64,000 nt of DNA from Takakia lepidozioides (lineage: Eukaryota; Plantae; Bryophyta): positions 8,804,001 to 8,868,000 of the forward strand of contig CM060731.1 in NCBI GenBank assembly GCA_030704615.1. The letters are read 5' to 3'. The stretch's first letter is position 1, and every line of letters starts with the position of its first letter. The position numbers and the translations under genes were made by a program. The notes beneath the pieces were generated by a model. The model saw nothing but the letters and a program-made list of their open reading frames with translations. It ran no database searches and was not told the DNA's origin. Below, piece by piece: positions 62,401 through 64,000 of this stretch.

Positions 62401-64000
62401 CACTGCAACCCAGCGAGTGTCGAAGACTGAAGTGAAAGGTGGTCCAGATTCTTGGAGTGATGCTGTGTGCTTCTATTTGAACTTGGAAGTGTTGGAGTAT
62501 CTGTACTAGTTTATTTTGTGGTGATCAGGCTACTACTTTTTGACATTATGAAGATGTTCATGTGACTGGTAAGTAGTTGATGCGGTCTGCCTCTTCCAGA
62601 GGTCACCATATCCTATCAAGGAGCACTCGTGGCTTCTATATTCATCCTATGATTTGACAACAAGGTGCATGCAGAAGTGGCGAGATCGAACCCTCATTGG
62701 GCAGGGAAAGGGAAAACCTGATAACTTGGCTTGTCTAGAATGAAACTTATCATCCCAGGTATTGTGCATTTTTGATTGCAGGCGCAGGACACCATCAAAC
62801 AGTTGGAGGGCCAGTTCCCATCAATCAGTCTAGTCTACAGACCAACCAGAGTGTGGGCATGTTCCAACCGATGGGGGCTTGGGCAAACCCACAGGCATTG
62901 GGAGAAGGTCGCCGCACTGACACCAATATCTCCTTGCCAGGTGGATGATGCCCAGATGGCAGCAAATTGGTAGACTAATCCCAGATGTGGACGGACATCT
63001 GTCAAATGCCACCCTTTTTTGTTCTTGCCCTTTTGAAAGAGAGAGAGAGGTGATAAGCAGCAGCATGCTTGAATGGTGATAGAAAACTCAGGATTGGTCT
63101 GGGCTGGACATTTGTCGATTCTGCACGACCAGGGCGCGCACACATTTCATGGCATGTATAGGCTTACAGGGGAGTCACCAATGCAGCTACTTGGGTTACC
63201 TGGTGGAATGGGGAAAGTTTTACAGTGATGTCGTGTCTCTGGCATTCAGGTTCTCTGTGGGGAGAGGGGCGGCCTGGCTGCAGTTTTGGAAAGGTGCCCT
63301 CTGAAGGTGAAAGCTTCCTGTGAGGTGTATCTTTCTTTAGTGGATCTGGAATCAAATTGGTACCTTAATTTTCTTACTCTCATCCCACTCTTGACAGATA
63401 TTTCTACCCTATTGGCAACTGCGAAGGGCTTTTAAACTTATTCCAGTTGCACCATGTTCCTCCACTACAGCTAGACTTAAAACACTTGTTGAGGCATCTG
63501 CCACCATTATGAGAGCTCCCACCATGGGCCAGAAGGCCTGCTTGATGGAGATTCACTGGGAGCTTTCTTAGAACATTGCGATGTTGTTGTTGACTACCAG
63601 CAAATTTGACTTGAGTTGCAATTCTGGAGAGCCAGTTGGAAGATTATACCAATGAGAATTCCTTTTTGTCCTTTGAAAGTGTAACAGATGAAATAGGCTG
63701 GTAAGTTGCGAAGAAAACCATGGAGACAAAGTGTGTTTTGGGGATGTTTCTCAAACTGAATGTTCCTACAAAAGCTGGTGACAGTTTGAATTATTTGTCC
63801 TTGAACCATCTTGTTAGTTAGTACTGCGGAGTGGGTCGATGAATGGTTGTCATGGCTACAGACCGTTGTCAAAGGTGGAATATTAACCCCCTCTCTCAGC
63901 CTTGAGGAATACAGGGCCGATAGACGATACCGATGCATGGGATCAGCAAAAATGCCAAACCACTAGGCTACAGCCCTGATGTGCAAAAGTATTGAATGCT

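Noticed and set aside
62500-64000. Short ORFs at the right end
   Set aside because: No recognisable domain or consistent exon chain.

Overview
Eukaryotic, intron-rich, gene-dense plant DNA. The gene set and transposon types suggest a non-seed land plant such as a hornwort or other bryophyte, or a lycophyte; this is an inference. Host genes on the minus strand: the 5' part of a YhhW-type pirin gene (runs off the left edge), a PH-domain oxysterol-binding protein (ORP/OSBP), a MAM33/mitochondrial glycoprotein whose intron 1 is filled with (CT)n-associated LINEs, and a secreted glyoxal/galactose oxidase. A broken AHL (PPC/DUF296) gene lies on the plus strand at the right end. Positions ~38-60 kb are a nest of mobile elements containing two different DNA methyltransferases. 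(i) A ~9.9-kb Ty3/gypsy element (39633-49524) encodes a DNMT3-like C5-cytosine methyltransferase between protease and RT and a PHD finger after integrase. It has a self-priming-type PBS and split/permuted LTRs (B-internal-A-B-A) with a 4-bp TSD. (ii) A degenerate spliced gene (~50.4-55.9 kb) joins a ParB/Srx-like domain to a bacterial-type beta-class N4C/N6A methyltransferase and carries 14 copies of a ~28-bp palindrome, 11 of them regularly spaced. A CRE/R2-like RLE non-LTR element and several hAT-type MITEs are also present. All calls come from reading and translating the sequence by eye; no database searches were run.
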